Virus record (IMG/VR): IMGVR_UViG_3300048853_000032
Location: 1-43,714 of that record
From: a virus
Taxonomy: Duplodnaviria; Caudoviricetes
Length of the DNA stretch: 43,714 nucleotides
Strand: one strand, 5' to 3'
Shown here piece by piece: positions 17,068-26,225 of this stretch. The position numbers and the translations under genes are program-made. A model generated the notes under the pieces. The model searched no databases. It was not told where the DNA came from and saw only the letters and a program-made list of their open reading frames with translations. Positions within the stretch are counted from its first letter, which is position 1, and the number at the start of each line of letters is the position of its first letter.

Positions 17068-17190
17068 TCAAGCCATCAGCATGTCGATAGCGGCCCACGT
17101 GACATCGCTGATGCCGGGCGCGAAGAGGAGATCAGCGACAAGCGCCGAGAAGCCGAGACGGCCGAAGATGATTTCAGTGCGAGAGAACAT
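17068..17190 (-). CDS. 40-aa hydrophobic peptide
   Basis: AAGGA RBS within the repeated leader; first ORF of the operon. Confidence 0.5.
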   Translation of the reverse strand: MFSRTEIIFGRLGFSALVADLLFAPGISDVTWAAIDMLMA

Positions 17191-17254
17191 CGTGATTGTC
17201 CTTGTCTGTGAGAGTGAACCGGCTGGCATCCGGTAAGGCCTATCAAGACATGGA

Positions 17255-17440
17255 CCGGCCACCTCTGTCAAGGGCCTATTTTGCGATAATTGCACAATAT
17301 GGCGCTATACCGTTGCGATAATCGCATAATATGCCTTCCGGCGATGCCTCAAACCCGGCCACCTGCAATAATCGCTGCAGCCGGAGACGTCACTTTGCGA
17401 TAATTGCATAGGTGTACAACCTGTGAATACAACCTGTGAA
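17255..17440. repeat. Cluster of palindromic boxes and direct repeats between divergent operons
   Basis: TGCRATAATYGC boxes at 17281, 17313, 17364 and 17395; CCGGCCACCT at 17255 and 17355; tandem TACAACCTGTGAA x2 at 17415-17440. Confidence 0.85.
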
Positions 17441-17482
17441 ACATCGTCCTCGTAAGTCATTGGTTTCACTGCATCCGAAACC

Positions 17483-17517
17483 TGTGCTTTGACAGCCATT
17501 CCTTTACCGCCGACCCT
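17483..17517 (+). promoter_or_regulatory. Putative late promoter 1 (terS)
   Basis: TGTGCT-TTGACA-N17-GACCCT. Confidence 0.7.
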
Positions 17518-17576
17518 ACGCGCGGCTCTCCCCTCCCTTGCGTCATACACCGATCACAAACAGCAGAGCGTCAGCG

Positions 17577-18128
17577 ATGGTAATGCCCCGTAAGACTGCA
17601 GCCGATTATCGGCACGCCGGACAGAAGGCAGCAGCAACCCTCCGGAAAGAGAAGAAAGCTCCCGTCCTCACCGACAAGCAGAAGGCTCTCGTCGAGGCCA
17701 TGGCCTTCGAGGGTCTGGATCGCAAGCAGGCAGCTGAAGCCGCTGGGATCACGGACGAGACAGCCCGCATCTCCCTCCTCAAGCCCCATGTCCTTGCTCA
17801 CCTCAATGAGTGCATGGAGGTGTTGAGAACGAGCGCGAGACCGCGTGCCTTGCGTAAGATGTCGGATTTGCTCGAAGCGAAGACCGAACGCATCCAGTTC
17901 GAGGCGGCTAAGTACTTGGACGGTATGGATAGACCGAGCCATGCGGTGGGCGCTGCGCAGGTCAATGTGCAGATCAACAACAGCGTGACGGTAGAGACGC
18001 CTGGGTATGTGATCGACCTTCGTCCGGATCACTTCGAGCAGGTGGAACAGATAGAGCATCTGGACGCCGAAGACGTTATCCCATTGGACGGGTTAGGTAA
18101 TTCGGCAGACGTTCCCCTCGATGAGTAG
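17577..18128 (+). CDS. terS: Terminase small subunit
   Basis: LTDKQKALVEAM...AAEAAGIT...LLKPHVLAHL HTH; upstream of terL. Confidence 0.8.
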   Translation: MVMPRKTAADYRHAGQKAAATLRKEKKAPVLTDKQKALVEAMAFEGLDRKQAAEAAGITDETARISLLKPHVLAHLNECMEVLRTSARPRALRKMSDLLEAKTERIQFEAAKYLDGMDRPSHAVGAAQVNVQINNSVTVETPGYVIDLRPDHFEQVEQIEHLDAEDVIPLDGLGNSADVPLDE

Positions 18129-18290
18129 GGAACGCGGCCCCCGTACCCCCTTTGTTCCTGTCAGAGCGCGCTTGGAGGGGGTGGGGGCAAAAATCCGGGT
18201 CGCTGTTCCCAGTCCACCCTCACACACGCGGTTTCCCAGTTCGGGAAGTTGGCAGTCAGATTTTTTTCAACCTGTCGGGAGATTTCGGAA

Positions 18291-18506
18291 ATGCGCGATG
18301 GAGATCAGGGGCCGTACCTCGTCGAGGAGTTTGACGCTGGACCGAACGGCGGGGTGAAGGGAATGCAAGCGGTGCTGAATGCGAGGGCGGCGGAAGGGTA
18401 TTCGCTGGTGCAGGCGGTACGGCGGAATGCGTCTCACTGGGTGATTTTCTTCGAACGCACGGTGGCCAATCAGGCGGTCGACACCGGCCCGAGCTGGGAG
18501 GCTTGA
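18291..18506 (+). CDS. Small hypothetical protein (DUF4177-like)
   Basis: LNARAAEGYSLVQ...IFFER; GGGAG RBS. Confidence 0.65.
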   Translation: MRDGDQGPYLVEEFDAGPNGGVKGMQAVLNARAAEGYSLVQAVRRNASHWVIFFERTVANQAVDTGPSWEA

Positions 18507-18509
18507 GCG

Positions 18510-18767
18510 ATGTCTGATCTGAAGATTGTCAGCTTCGATTCCAAGTCGGCGCGGAAACAGGAAGTGGTCGATAAGGCGCGGCATATCCTGAAGCTGGCGG
18601 AGGCTGGGCAGATCGTCGATTTGTCGTTCTCCGCCGCGAAGGCCGACGGCTCGGTGATCACCGGGTTCACTGCTACGGACGATGCGCCTCGCCGGATCGT
18701 GGCGGTTTCGATGCTTCTCCACCGGCTTCATGTGGTGGCGGACAGTCAGTCGGAGCTCGATGCCTGA
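18510..18767 (+). CDS. Hypothetical protein
   Basis: 85 aa; GGAGG RBS; coupled to terL. Confidence 0.75.
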   Translation: MSDLKIVSFDSKSARKQEVVDKARHILKLAEAGQIVDLSFSAAKADGSVITGFTATDDAPRRIVAVSMLLHRLHVVADSQSELDA

Positions 18768-20395
18768 TGCTGAACATCGAGGAACCGGATCGCCCGGCGG
18801 ATCTGCCGCGGATTGAGCGGGACGAGCAGGGCCGGAAGATTTATCGGCCTGACGGGAAGGTGCTGCGGGAATACCTGCGGTGCCGACAGCACGTATCCAT
18901 CATTCGCGGGTCGATCGGATCTGGCACGTCGACGGCTTCGATCATGAAGATGTTCATGATTTCGATGGAGCAATGGCCGCAGGAGGATGGGAAACGGCGG
19001 ACGCGGTGGTGCGTGGTTCGCAACACCTTCCCTGATCTGAAGTCGACGACGGTGAAGACCTGGCTAGATTGGTTCCCTGAGGAGCAATACGGCCGGTTCT
19101 ATTGGGATCGGCCTTATCGGCATGAAGTGAAGATCGGCGACATGGAGATGGAAGTCCACTTCATCGCCCTGGACAGTCCCGACGACGTTCGAAAGATGCG
19201 TTCGCTCGAGGTGACCGGCTTTTGGTTCAACGAGCTCGAATTCATCGAGAAGGATATTCTCGACGAGGCCGAGTCCCGTACCGGCCGATATCCGGCGGTG
19301 AAGGACGGCGGGGCCCGCTGGGATGGCGTGATCGCCGACATGAACGCGCCGCGCGAGGATCATTTCATTCCGCTGATGATGGGCGAGGTGCCCCTTCCCG
19401 ACGATTGGACGGAAGAGGAGCGGCTGTCTTATCGGAAGCCGTCGAACTGGGGCTATCACGTGCAGCCGCCGGCGATGCTCGAGATCAAGGATGCGTCCGG
19501 CACCCTGACCGGCTACCGGATGAACCCGAAGGCCGAAAACACGCGCTGGCTGAAGCCGGGCTATTACGCGGAAAAGATCAAGGGCAAGACGAAGCAGTGG
19601 ATCGACAGCCGCGTCTTGAACAAGATCACGGTCTATGTCGACGGCAAGCCGGTCTGGCAGCAGTTCAATCCCGACATCCATGTTTCCGAGCAGCCTCTTG
19701 AGCCTATTCCCGGCTGGCCGGTGTATGTCGGTCTCGATTTCGGGCGAAACCCCGCGTGCGTCGTCGGGCAGCTCGTGAACAATCGCTGGCGGATCTTCGC
19801 CGAATTGACGGCACGCGATGCCGGTGCGTCGATTTTCGCGCCTCTGGTGAAGCAATTGCTCGATCGCCGGCTTGGTTCGTGGCGCCCGTCGCGGCGCTCC
19901 ATGAGCATGTCGCGCGGCGAAGATGGCGTTTACCGGGACGATCACACGTTTGAGGTTGAATTCTACGGTGATCCGAAGGGGGCCGACGGCACCCAGGCGG
20001 ACGAGACGACGGCTTATGACGTGTTCCGGTCGTTCGGCATGCCGGTGCAGCCCGCGCCGGTCAAGAACAACCACATCCAGACGCGCATCGAGGCCGTCGA
20101 ATACGCCATGATCACGATGGTGAACGGCTATCCGCGCTTTCTGGTGTGCGGCACGCATTGCCGGACGCTGAAAGTGGCCTGCGCCGGCGGCTATCACTTC
20201 GCCCGCATCAAGGGAACGTCCCGCCACAAGGAAGATCCGGAGAAGGATCGGTATTCCGACATCGCCGACGCCTGCCAGTATCTCGTCCTGGGCGCCGGTG
20301 AGGGTCGCGTCGTGTCCGGCGGGCAGCGAAACGGGCGGCGGGAGCCCGTCGACATCAAGATCAAGAAGAAATCGAGGCGGCGCGGTGGGTTCTGA
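18767..20395 (+). CDS. terL: Terminase large subunit
   Basis: GSIGSGTS Walker A, VVRNT, FWFNE, nuclease VGLDFG and DIADACQY. Confidence 0.93.
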   Translation: MLNIEEPDRPADLPRIERDEQGRKIYRPDGKVLREYLRCRQHVSIIRGSIGSGTSTASIMKMFMISMEQWPQEDGKRRTRWCVVRNTFPDLKSTTVKTWLDWFPEEQYGRFYWDRPYRHEVKIGDMEMEVHFIALDSPDDVRKMRSLEVTGFWFNELEFIEKDILDEAESRTGRYPAVKDGGARWDGVIADMNAPREDHFIPLMMGEVPLPDDWTEEERLSYRKPSNWGYHVQPPAMLEIKDASGTLTGYRMNPKAENTRWLKPGYYAEKIKGKTKQWIDSRVLNKITVYVDGKPVWQQFNPDIHVSEQPLEPIPGWPVYVGLDFGRNPACVVGQLVNNRWRIFAELTARDAGASIFAPLVKQLLDRRLGSWRPSRRSMSMSRGEDGVYRDDHTFEVEFYGDPKGADGTQADETTAYDVFRSFGMPVQPAPVKNNHIQTRIEAVEYAMITMVNGYPRFLVCGTHCRTLKVACAGGYHFARIKGTSRHKEDPEKDRYSDIADACQYLVLGAGEGRVVSGGQRNGRREPVDIKIKKKSRRRGGF

Positions 20396-20855
20396 GCTGG
20401 GATTTGGCGGATTGCGGCTTTCCGAGTGCGAACCGAAGGATTGGTTCGTCGTTTTCCAAGAGAATTCGCCGAAATGGTGGATCAGATGGCTGGCGCGCGG
20501 CCGGTTCAAGCATGTTTCCGTGTTCGGTACCGTGCCGCGGGCGAATGCCTGGGTCTTCTATGACTTCAACCTCGATCGAAGCCGGGTTTATGTCGTTGCC
20601 GACTACGAGTCCGACATCGCCATCGGCCATTTCATCGAAAACGCGACCGTCGTTCGCATGGCGCGGCCGATCGGGCGGGAGACGGAAGTGAACCTTCGGC
20701 CCGGCTGGTGGTGCGTGCCGGCGGTGGCGCATATCCTCGGGCTGCGGTCCTGTGCTTTGCGGCCTGATGCTCTTTTTCGGCAATGTCTCGCTCAAGGTGG
20801 CGAGATTATCGAGCCGAAAGGTAGAGCAGATGAAGGTCAAGACCCCCAAGCCTGA
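20385..20855 (+). CDS. Hypothetical protein, possibly permuted papain-like fold
   Basis: FKHVSV (His) precedes WCVPAVAHILGL...PDAL (Cys); start uncertain. Confidence 0.6.
   Translation: MGSELGFGGLRLSECEPKDWFVVFQENSPKWWIRWLARGRFKHVSVFGTVPRANAWVFYDFNLDRSRVYVVADYESDIAIGHFIENATVVRMARPIGRETEVNLRPGWWCVPAVAHILGLRSCALRPDALFRQCLAQGGEIIEPKGRADEGQDPQA
20751..20786 (+). promoter_or_regulatory. Putative late promoter 2 (portal unit)
   Basis: TGTGCT-TTGCGG-N18-CAATGT. Confidence 0.6.
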
Positions 20856-21006
20856 TCCTGAGCTGCAGCGCCAGCAGCAGGCAGCGCAGCAGGAAAAGAT
20901 CAACGCCATTCAGGATCGCCTCGGTACCGAGACCGATCAGGCTCTTCGCTATTTCGGCGCCCGCAGCATGCTTTCCGGCGCGTCCCGTTCGCCGCTGACG
21001 CGCTGA
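20830..21006 (+). CDS. Small putative virion protein
   Basis: 58 aa MKVKTPKPDPELQRQQQ...; immediately before the portal. Confidence 0.75.
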   Translation: MKVKTPKPDPELQRQQQAAQQEKINAIQDRLGTETDQALRYFGARSMLSGASRSPLTR

Positions 21007-21010
21007 GGAA

Positions 21011-22612
21011 TTGGCCTTGGCGAAAGATCCGAAGCTCGCTCCGCAGTTTCCCCCCGATGATGTGTCGAAGGACGCATTGTCGCGCTTGGCCGATGCCAGG
21101 GCGCAGAAGAACGACGCCGAGAAGGATCTTCAGGAGGCCTATTTCTTCACCCGGCCACGCCTGTGCTGGGACGTGAAATCGACGAATTCGACGAAGCGCA
21201 ACAGGGATCGCGAAGGCGAGCAGGAAGATCTTGCGACCGGGATTGGATCGGAAGTTTCAGAGGATTTTGCGACAGAGGTCATTTCCGCGTTTTTCCCGCA
21301 AGGGACGAACTGGGTCGAAGCCACGCTGGACGAGTCGGTTGTGGCCGAACTCGAAGCTGCCGATATCGCGGATCTGAAGAAGGACGCGAAGGCGCGCGAC
21401 GGGAAGATTTTCTCGGCGATCAGGGCTTCGAACTTCGAGGCCGAATTAGGCGATGCTCTCGATCCCGACGCCTCGGTCGGTACCGTCGGATTCTGGATCG
21501 ACAAGCCGCACAACACCCGGCCGATCTCCGTCCAGCACGTTCCGGTGCGCGAACTCGAAATCAACGTCGAATGCGACGGCTCGATCGGCGACCGCTTCCG
21601 CGTCCGGCATGTGAAGGCGTCGAAACTGAAGTCGGTCATCGGGAACGTACCGCTTCCGGAGAAGGTGACGCGGAAAATCGCCTCATCGCCCACCGCGAAA
21701 ATCGAGGTGGTTTGGTGTTTCTGGCGCGATTGGCGCGACCCGGAAAACGACAAATGGATTCACGTTCTCCTTGTCGACAAGACGGCAGTGCACACGTCCA
21801 TGCTCGAGGGTGAAGGCTGCTTGCCCCTGATCGTCGCGCGTTTCTCGCCCGACAAGGAATTCGCCTGGGGATATGGCCCGGCGATCAAGTCGCTGCAGGA
21901 GCTCCGCGTCCTCGATGTCATCACCGCAGCGACACAGGATCGCGTCGATGTCGCCATTGCCCCGCCGATCGGCTATCCGGACGATGGCGTCATTGACTTC
22001 GAAGGCGGCATCGAGGCCGGCAAGGCATATCCGATGCGGCCGGGAAGTGGCCGCGATATCGCCAAGCTCTATTTCGAGGGCGATCCGGATCTTGGCTTCT
22101 ACACCGCGACCGATCTCGAGCGCCGAATCCGGCGCAAGTTCTTTGCCGACTATCCCGAGCAGAAGGGTGACACCCCGCCGACGGCCACTCAGTGGATCGA
22201 CGAGATGGTCATGGCGCAGCGCCGCATCGGTACGCCGGGCAAGAAGTTCTGGCGCGAAGGCCCGTATGAGATCTACCGTCGTTTCGAGTGGCTGCTGACG
22301 AAGGATGGCAAGATCCAGGCCATAAAACTCGACGGCCAATCTATCCCATTGATCCCGAACAATCCGGCAACGCAGGCGGCTGACAATCAGAAGCTTCAGA
22401 CCGGCGTTCAGGTGCTCAACATCGCGAAGAACTATTTCCCCGAGACCTCGGCCGCGGCGATCGACGAGCGCGCCACGATCGACAACATCAAGAATCTCGC
22501 AAAAGATGAGGTTGTCGTTCTTCGCGACGAGGCACAGACCCGCGAGCTACTTCAAACCGTGCTCGGCGCCGCGCAGGAAGCCGGCGCTCTCCCGACTGGT
22601 GAACCGCAATGA
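21011..22612 (+). CDS. Portal (head-tail connector) protein
   Basis: 533 aa; PLIVARF...WGYGPA...PPTATQ, podovirus connector-like. Confidence 0.9.
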   Translation: MALAKDPKLAPQFPPDDVSKDALSRLADARAQKNDAEKDLQEAYFFTRPRLCWDVKSTNSTKRNRDREGEQEDLATGIGSEVSEDFATEVISAFFPQGTNWVEATLDESVVAELEAADIADLKKDAKARDGKIFSAIRASNFEAELGDALDPDASVGTVGFWIDKPHNTRPISVQHVPVRELEINVECDGSIGDRFRVRHVKASKLKSVIGNVPLPEKVTRKIASSPTAKIEVVWCFWRDWRDPENDKWIHVLLVDKTAVHTSMLEGEGCLPLIVARFSPDKEFAWGYGPAIKSLQELRVLDVITAATQDRVDVAIAPPIGYPDDGVIDFEGGIEAGKAYPMRPGSGRDIAKLYFEGDPDLGFYTATDLERRIRRKFFADYPEQKGDTPPTATQWIDEMVMAQRRIGTPGKKFWREGPYEIYRRFEWLLTKDGKIQAIKLDGQSIPLIPNNPATQAADNQKLQTGVQVLNIAKNYFPETSAAAIDERATIDNIKNLAKDEVVVLRDEAQTRELLQTVLGAAQEAGALPTGEPQ

Positions 22613-22902
22613 AGCTTTCCGATGAAGAAGTGAAGCACGCTTTGCGCTGGTTTGCGCGCCAGCCGGAAAGCGCCCCGTTCTTCGCTTGCCTCGAAAGCAT
22701 CGTCGACGAAATCGGCCCTCCCGACACCTGTGCTTTGCACGCTCACAACGAGCGCCGCAAATTCGCTGCCAATCTGATTGCGATGGCAGAGACGGAAAAC
22801 AGCGATGGACAGCACAGCGACAGGACACATGCGCCCAAACGAGGAAATCAGCCAGGAAAAACCCCGAGCCGGTTACGGCGCGGCCCTGCTGGCCGGTCGT
22901 AG
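22609..22902 (+). CDS. Hypothetical head-region protein
   Basis: 97 aa between portal and scaffold; ATGA coupling. Confidence 0.65.
   Translation: MKLSDEEVKHALRWFARQPESAPFFACLESIVDEIGPPDTCALHAHNERRKFAANLIAMAETENSDGQHSDRTHAPKRGNQPGKTPSRLRRGPAGRS
22729..22763 (+). promoter_or_regulatory. Putative late promoter 3 (scaffold/capsid)
   Basis: TGTGCT-TTGCAC-N17-CAAATT. Confidence 0.65.
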
Positions 22903-23710
22903 CCCGGGCGCTTTCGTTTTTTCAGGAATCGGACCGAAGATCACGCTGGCGCCGGATGACGGCGGCGGAGCGGGTGGCGGTTCTGGCGGTGGAGATGGCG
23001 GAGCCGGCGACGGCGGCGCGGGCGGTGACGGTGCAGGTGCGGATGGCGCCGGCGGCGGCGATGCGCAGAAGCCCGAGCGCCCCGACTACATCCCCGAGAA
23101 CTTTTGGGATGCCGAGAAGGGCTTCAAGAGCGACGATCTCAATGCCCTCGTCGCCTTCAAGGCCGAACATGACGCGAACCTCGCCCAGGTGCCGGAAAGC
23201 GCCGACAAATACGAGGTCAAGCTTCCGAAGGACTTCAAGCTTCCCGACGGGTTCAAACTGCCGGAAGGGCAGGAGACCGTCATCGACGCGAATGACCCTC
23301 GCGTCGAAGCTGCCCGCGCCTATGCCCACGCCAACCAATTCAGTCAGTCCCAGTTCGAAGGGCTGATCGCACTCGGCGCCCAGGCGGATATCGCCGAGAT
23401 GACGAAGCTTTCCGCGGCTGTGGAAGAGCAGCGGACGCAGCTCGGAAGCAAGTCTCAGGAGCGGATCAATGCCGTCACGTCTTGGCTCGGTGCCAAGCTC
23501 GGCGGGGAACTTGCGAATGCTCTTGCGCCGATGATGTTCACGGCCAAGAGCGTCGAAGCCTTTGAGGCGATCATGCGCCTCAATAGGGGAGACGTGCCGG
23601 GAACTCCCGGTGCCGGTCGCGATGCTGGAAGAACTGAAGTCTCGGACGAGGAATACGCAAAAATGTCTCCCGTCGAGAAGATCAACTACGCCCGTCAGCA
23701 CTCCAAGTGA
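22805..23710 (+). CDS. Capsid scaffolding/assembly protein
   Basis: Gly/Asp-rich linker, RPDYIPENFWD and VPESADKYEV; precedes the capsid gene. Confidence 0.82.
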   Translation: MDSTATGHMRPNEEISQEKPRAGYGAALLAGRSPGAFVFSGIGPKITLAPDDGGGAGGGSGGGDGGAGDGGAGGDGAGADGAGGGDAQKPERPDYIPENFWDAEKGFKSDDLNALVAFKAEHDANLAQVPESADKYEVKLPKDFKLPDGFKLPEGQETVIDANDPRVEAARAYAHANQFSQSQFEGLIALGAQADIAEMTKLSAAVEEQRTQLGSKSQERINAVTSWLGAKLGGELANALAPMMFTAKSVEAFEAIMRLNRGDVPGTPGAGRDAGRTEVSDEEYAKMSPVEKINYARQHSK

Positions 23711-23730
23711 CGGCCTGAAGGAGACCTGTA

Positions 23731-24672
23731 ATGCCTGAAGTGATGACGCTCCCCGAATATGCCAAAGGTCTCGAAAAGACCAGCATCGAGCGCCCGCTGA
23801 TCGAAACCTTCGCGAAGGAATCCGATATTCTCGAGGTTCTGCCGTTCGAAGGTTTCACCGGTGCGGCCTTCGAGGGCTACCGCGAAACGGATATCGGCAC
23901 TGCCGCCTTCCGTGCGATCAACGAGGGCGCCGGCTCCTCGAAGGGCAAGATCGCGCCCTTCCAGGAAACCAGCTTCCCGATCGATACGATCCTGAAGGTC
24001 GACAAGGCCATTCTTCTGCGCCACGGCGAAGGCCGTCGGGCAAAGGAAGAGGCGATGCAGATGAAGGCTCAGTCCAAGCTCTTCACCAACGCCTTCCTGT
24101 CGGGCGACAACGTGTCGAACCCGAAGGAGCCGAACGGCCTGAAGGCTCGGTGCACGGCTGCAAACGGTCGCCTGCTGCACAATTCGGTCGCCTCCGGTGG
24201 TGCTCCGTTGTCGCTGTACGAACTCGACAAGGCAATCATGAACACGCGCAACGCGAATCATATCATCGCGTCGCTCGACCTGTTGCCGCGGTTTATTCAG
24301 GCTGCGCGCGATACCAGCATTGCCGGTTTCGTCATCCAATCCTGGGATGAGGTCGGAACGCCGAAGATGACCTATGCCGGCAAGCGCATCCTGTTCGGCT
24401 ACCAAAAGGGCCGCGACGGTGTGATCCTGCCGTTTACCGAAGTTGCGCAGGGCGGCGGTGCTGCCGTAACGACTTCGCTCTTCGTTGTAGACCTCAGCGC
24501 CGACGGCCTGCACGGCATCCAGCTCAAGAACATCGAAGTCAAGGAAATGGGTCTTCTCGATGACGCCGTGAACTATGGCACCAACGTCTCTTGGGATGTC
24601 GGTCTGGTTGACGAAAGCGATTTCTGCGTCACGCGCCTGACCTCGATCACCAACGCGGCATTCGTCAAGTAA
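23731..24672 (+). CDS. Major capsid protein
   Basis: 313 aa; MTLPEYAK...SDILEVLPF...FRAINEG...EPNGL; AAGGAG RBS. Confidence 0.9.
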   Translation: MPEVMTLPEYAKGLEKTSIERPLIETFAKESDILEVLPFEGFTGAAFEGYRETDIGTAAFRAINEGAGSSKGKIAPFQETSFPIDTILKVDKAILLRHGEGRRAKEEAMQMKAQSKLFTNAFLSGDNVSNPKEPNGLKARCTAANGRLLHNSVASGGAPLSLYELDKAIMNTRNANHIIASLDLLPRFIQAARDTSIAGFVIQSWDEVGTPKMTYAGKRILFGYQKGRDGVILPFTEVAQGGGAAVTTSLFVVDLSADGLHGIQLKNIEVKEMGLLDDAVNYGTNVSWDVGLVDESDFCVTRLTSITNAAFVK

Positions 24673-24677
24673 CCTCG

Positions 24678-24698
24678 GTGCCCGCCTCGAGCGGGCAT
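24678..24698 (+). terminator. Hairpin after the capsid gene (weak terminator or mRNA stabiliser)
   Basis: GTGCCCGC-CTCGA-GCGGGCAT; poor T tract. Confidence 0.45.
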
Positions 24699-24729
24699 TC
24701 GGCTTCGAATTTCACTAAGGAGATGACCG

Positions 24730-25167
24730 ATGGGTCAGAGAGTTTACAATCAGGATCTGGAACTGATCCTTGCCGACGGCGCGGCTGCGGTCACTGCAGA
24801 CGGTCAATCCCAGGTCGGCGGCGCCGCTGCAGAAAAGAAGCTTGGCCCCGGCCGCTTTGAAGGCGTGTTGATCATCGACGTGTCGGCGATCGACATTTCG
24901 TCAGCCGACGAGGTTTATCACCTCTGCCTGCAGGGTGCGGCCAGTGGCGCGGACGCGTTCACCACCACGGAGACGCTGGCCCAGATCTCGCTTGGCGCGA
25001 CTGCTGCCCGCCCCGGTGCCGCCATCAACTCGGTGATCGGCCGGTACGAAATCCCGTTCATCACCGAACAGCATGACACGGTTTATGACTGGGTTCGCCT
25101 GTTCGTCGATGTGGCCGGAACCACCCCTTCCATCACCTTCAAGGCTTGGATTGCCGAGCGCTACTAA
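24730..25167 (+). CDS. Putative capsid cement/decoration protein
   Basis: 145 aa, beta-rich, directly after the capsid gene; AAGGAG RBS. Confidence 0.7.
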   Translation: MGQRVYNQDLELILADGAAAVTADGQSQVGGAAAEKKLGPGRFEGVLIIDVSAIDISSADEVYHLCLQGAASGADAFTTTETLAQISLGATAARPGAAINSVIGRYEIPFITEQHDTVYDWVRLFVDVAGTTPSITFKAWIAERY

Positions 25168-25205
25168 GCGCCGGCGCCGCCTTAGTTGAAACAGGAACCG
25201 GATCA

Positions 25206-25529
25206 ATGCCCGAGAAGATGAAACTCCACCACATCGACGGATCGACCGCCGACATCGACGCCATCGACGCCCGCCGCACTCTCCGCGATCACCCTTCCGA
25301 GTGGTCGACTTCGCCGTTCCCGGCCGAAGTGCAGGAGAAGGCCCGCGAAGCCGCCAAAGAGAGGCGCCTCACCGTTCTGAAGATCAAGACTTCCGGCAAG
25401 CCGCAGCATGAGATTGAGGCCGCGCTTGCCGAACTCGACGAGCTCCACCAGATGGCGAAGGAAGATGCCGATAAGGCGGCTCGTGCCGGCAAGCCCAGAG
25501 CCGCGAAGGCAGACGATAAGAAGGGCTGA
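25206..25529 (+). CDS. Hypothetical protein
   Basis: 107 aa; AGGA RBS. Confidence 0.72.
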   Translation: MPEKMKLHHIDGSTADIDAIDARRTLRDHPSEWSTSPFPAEVQEKAREAAKERRLTVLKIKTSGKPQHEIEAALAELDELHQMAKEDADKAARAGKPRAAKADDKKG

Positions 25530-25565
25530 GGCCAGTCGCTCACCATCGCGACCGGCTGGCTGAGG

Positions 25566-25596
25566 AAACCGGGAGTGGCAACGCTCCCGGTTTTTC
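25566..25596 (+). terminator. Rho-independent terminator
   Basis: AAACCGGGAG-TGGCAACG-CTCCCGGTTTTTC. Confidence 0.85.
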
Positions 25597-25598
25597 TG

Positions 25599-25633
25599 TG
25601 TGCTTTGCTGGCATCCGGCGATTTCGTCACTCT
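25599..25633 (+). promoter_or_regulatory. Putative late promoter 4 (tail genes; leaderless)
   Basis: TGTGCT-TTGCTG-N17-CACTCT-N7-ATG. Confidence 0.7.
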
Positions 25634-25640
25634 CCGGTCC

Positions 25641-26225
25641 ATGGACAAGCTCACGATCATCAATAATGCGCTCATCGCCACCGGCAATGACCCGGTGAAC
25701 GTGCTCAATGACCCGTCGGACGAATACCGCGTTGCGAACGCGGCGTTCGATCGGTGGATCAGATTTCTTGCGTCACGTCATTCCTGGCCTTTCGCGATGA
25801 CGACGGATCTGCTCGTCCGTGTTCCCGACGCCGACAACAAATCCCGCCGGTATTCCAAGAACGGCTTCCGCCTGCCGCAGAATACGCTGCACGTGAAGGA
25901 GGTCTTCAAGGACAGCCGCAATCTCACCGACTACGAGATCATTGGGACGGTGCTGTCCTGCAACTACGATTCCGAGATCTATGCCGCCGTCGTGAAAATG
26001 CCGCCGGCTGATAACTGGCACCCGATGGCGGAGGAAGTTCTGACCCGCTACGTCGAGGCCGGATGTCTGCGCGGCCTCAATGAGGATTTCAGCGAAGCGA
26101 CCCGGCGCGAGCAGAGCGCGGAATTGCTGCTTGAAGAGACGCGAACCCACGTCGATCAGCAGAATCCGTCCCGCAACATCTACAAGTCCTCGATCGCCGC
26201 TGCCCGTAGGAGGCGCCGGGTATGA
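25641..26225 (+). CDS. Tail tubular protein A (adaptor)
   Basis: MDKLTIINNALIATG...HSWPFA; T7 gp11-like size and position. Confidence 0.85.
   Translation: MDKLTIINNALIATGNDPVNVLNDPSDEYRVANAAFDRWIRFLASRHSWPFAMTTDLLVRVPDADNKSRRYSKNGFRLPQNTLHVKEVFKDSRNLTDYEIIGTVLSCNYDSEIYAAVVKMPPADNWHPMAEEVLTRYVEAGCLRGLNEDFSEATRREQSAELLLEETRTHVDQQNPSRNIYKSSIAAARRRRRV

Noticed and set aside
17281-17440. CRISPR array
   Set aside because: Repeats are only 12-14 bp with irregular spacing, and no cas genes are present.
22955-23062. GGC-rich tandem repeat element
   Set aside because: Explained by the Gly/Asp linker of the scaffold protein.
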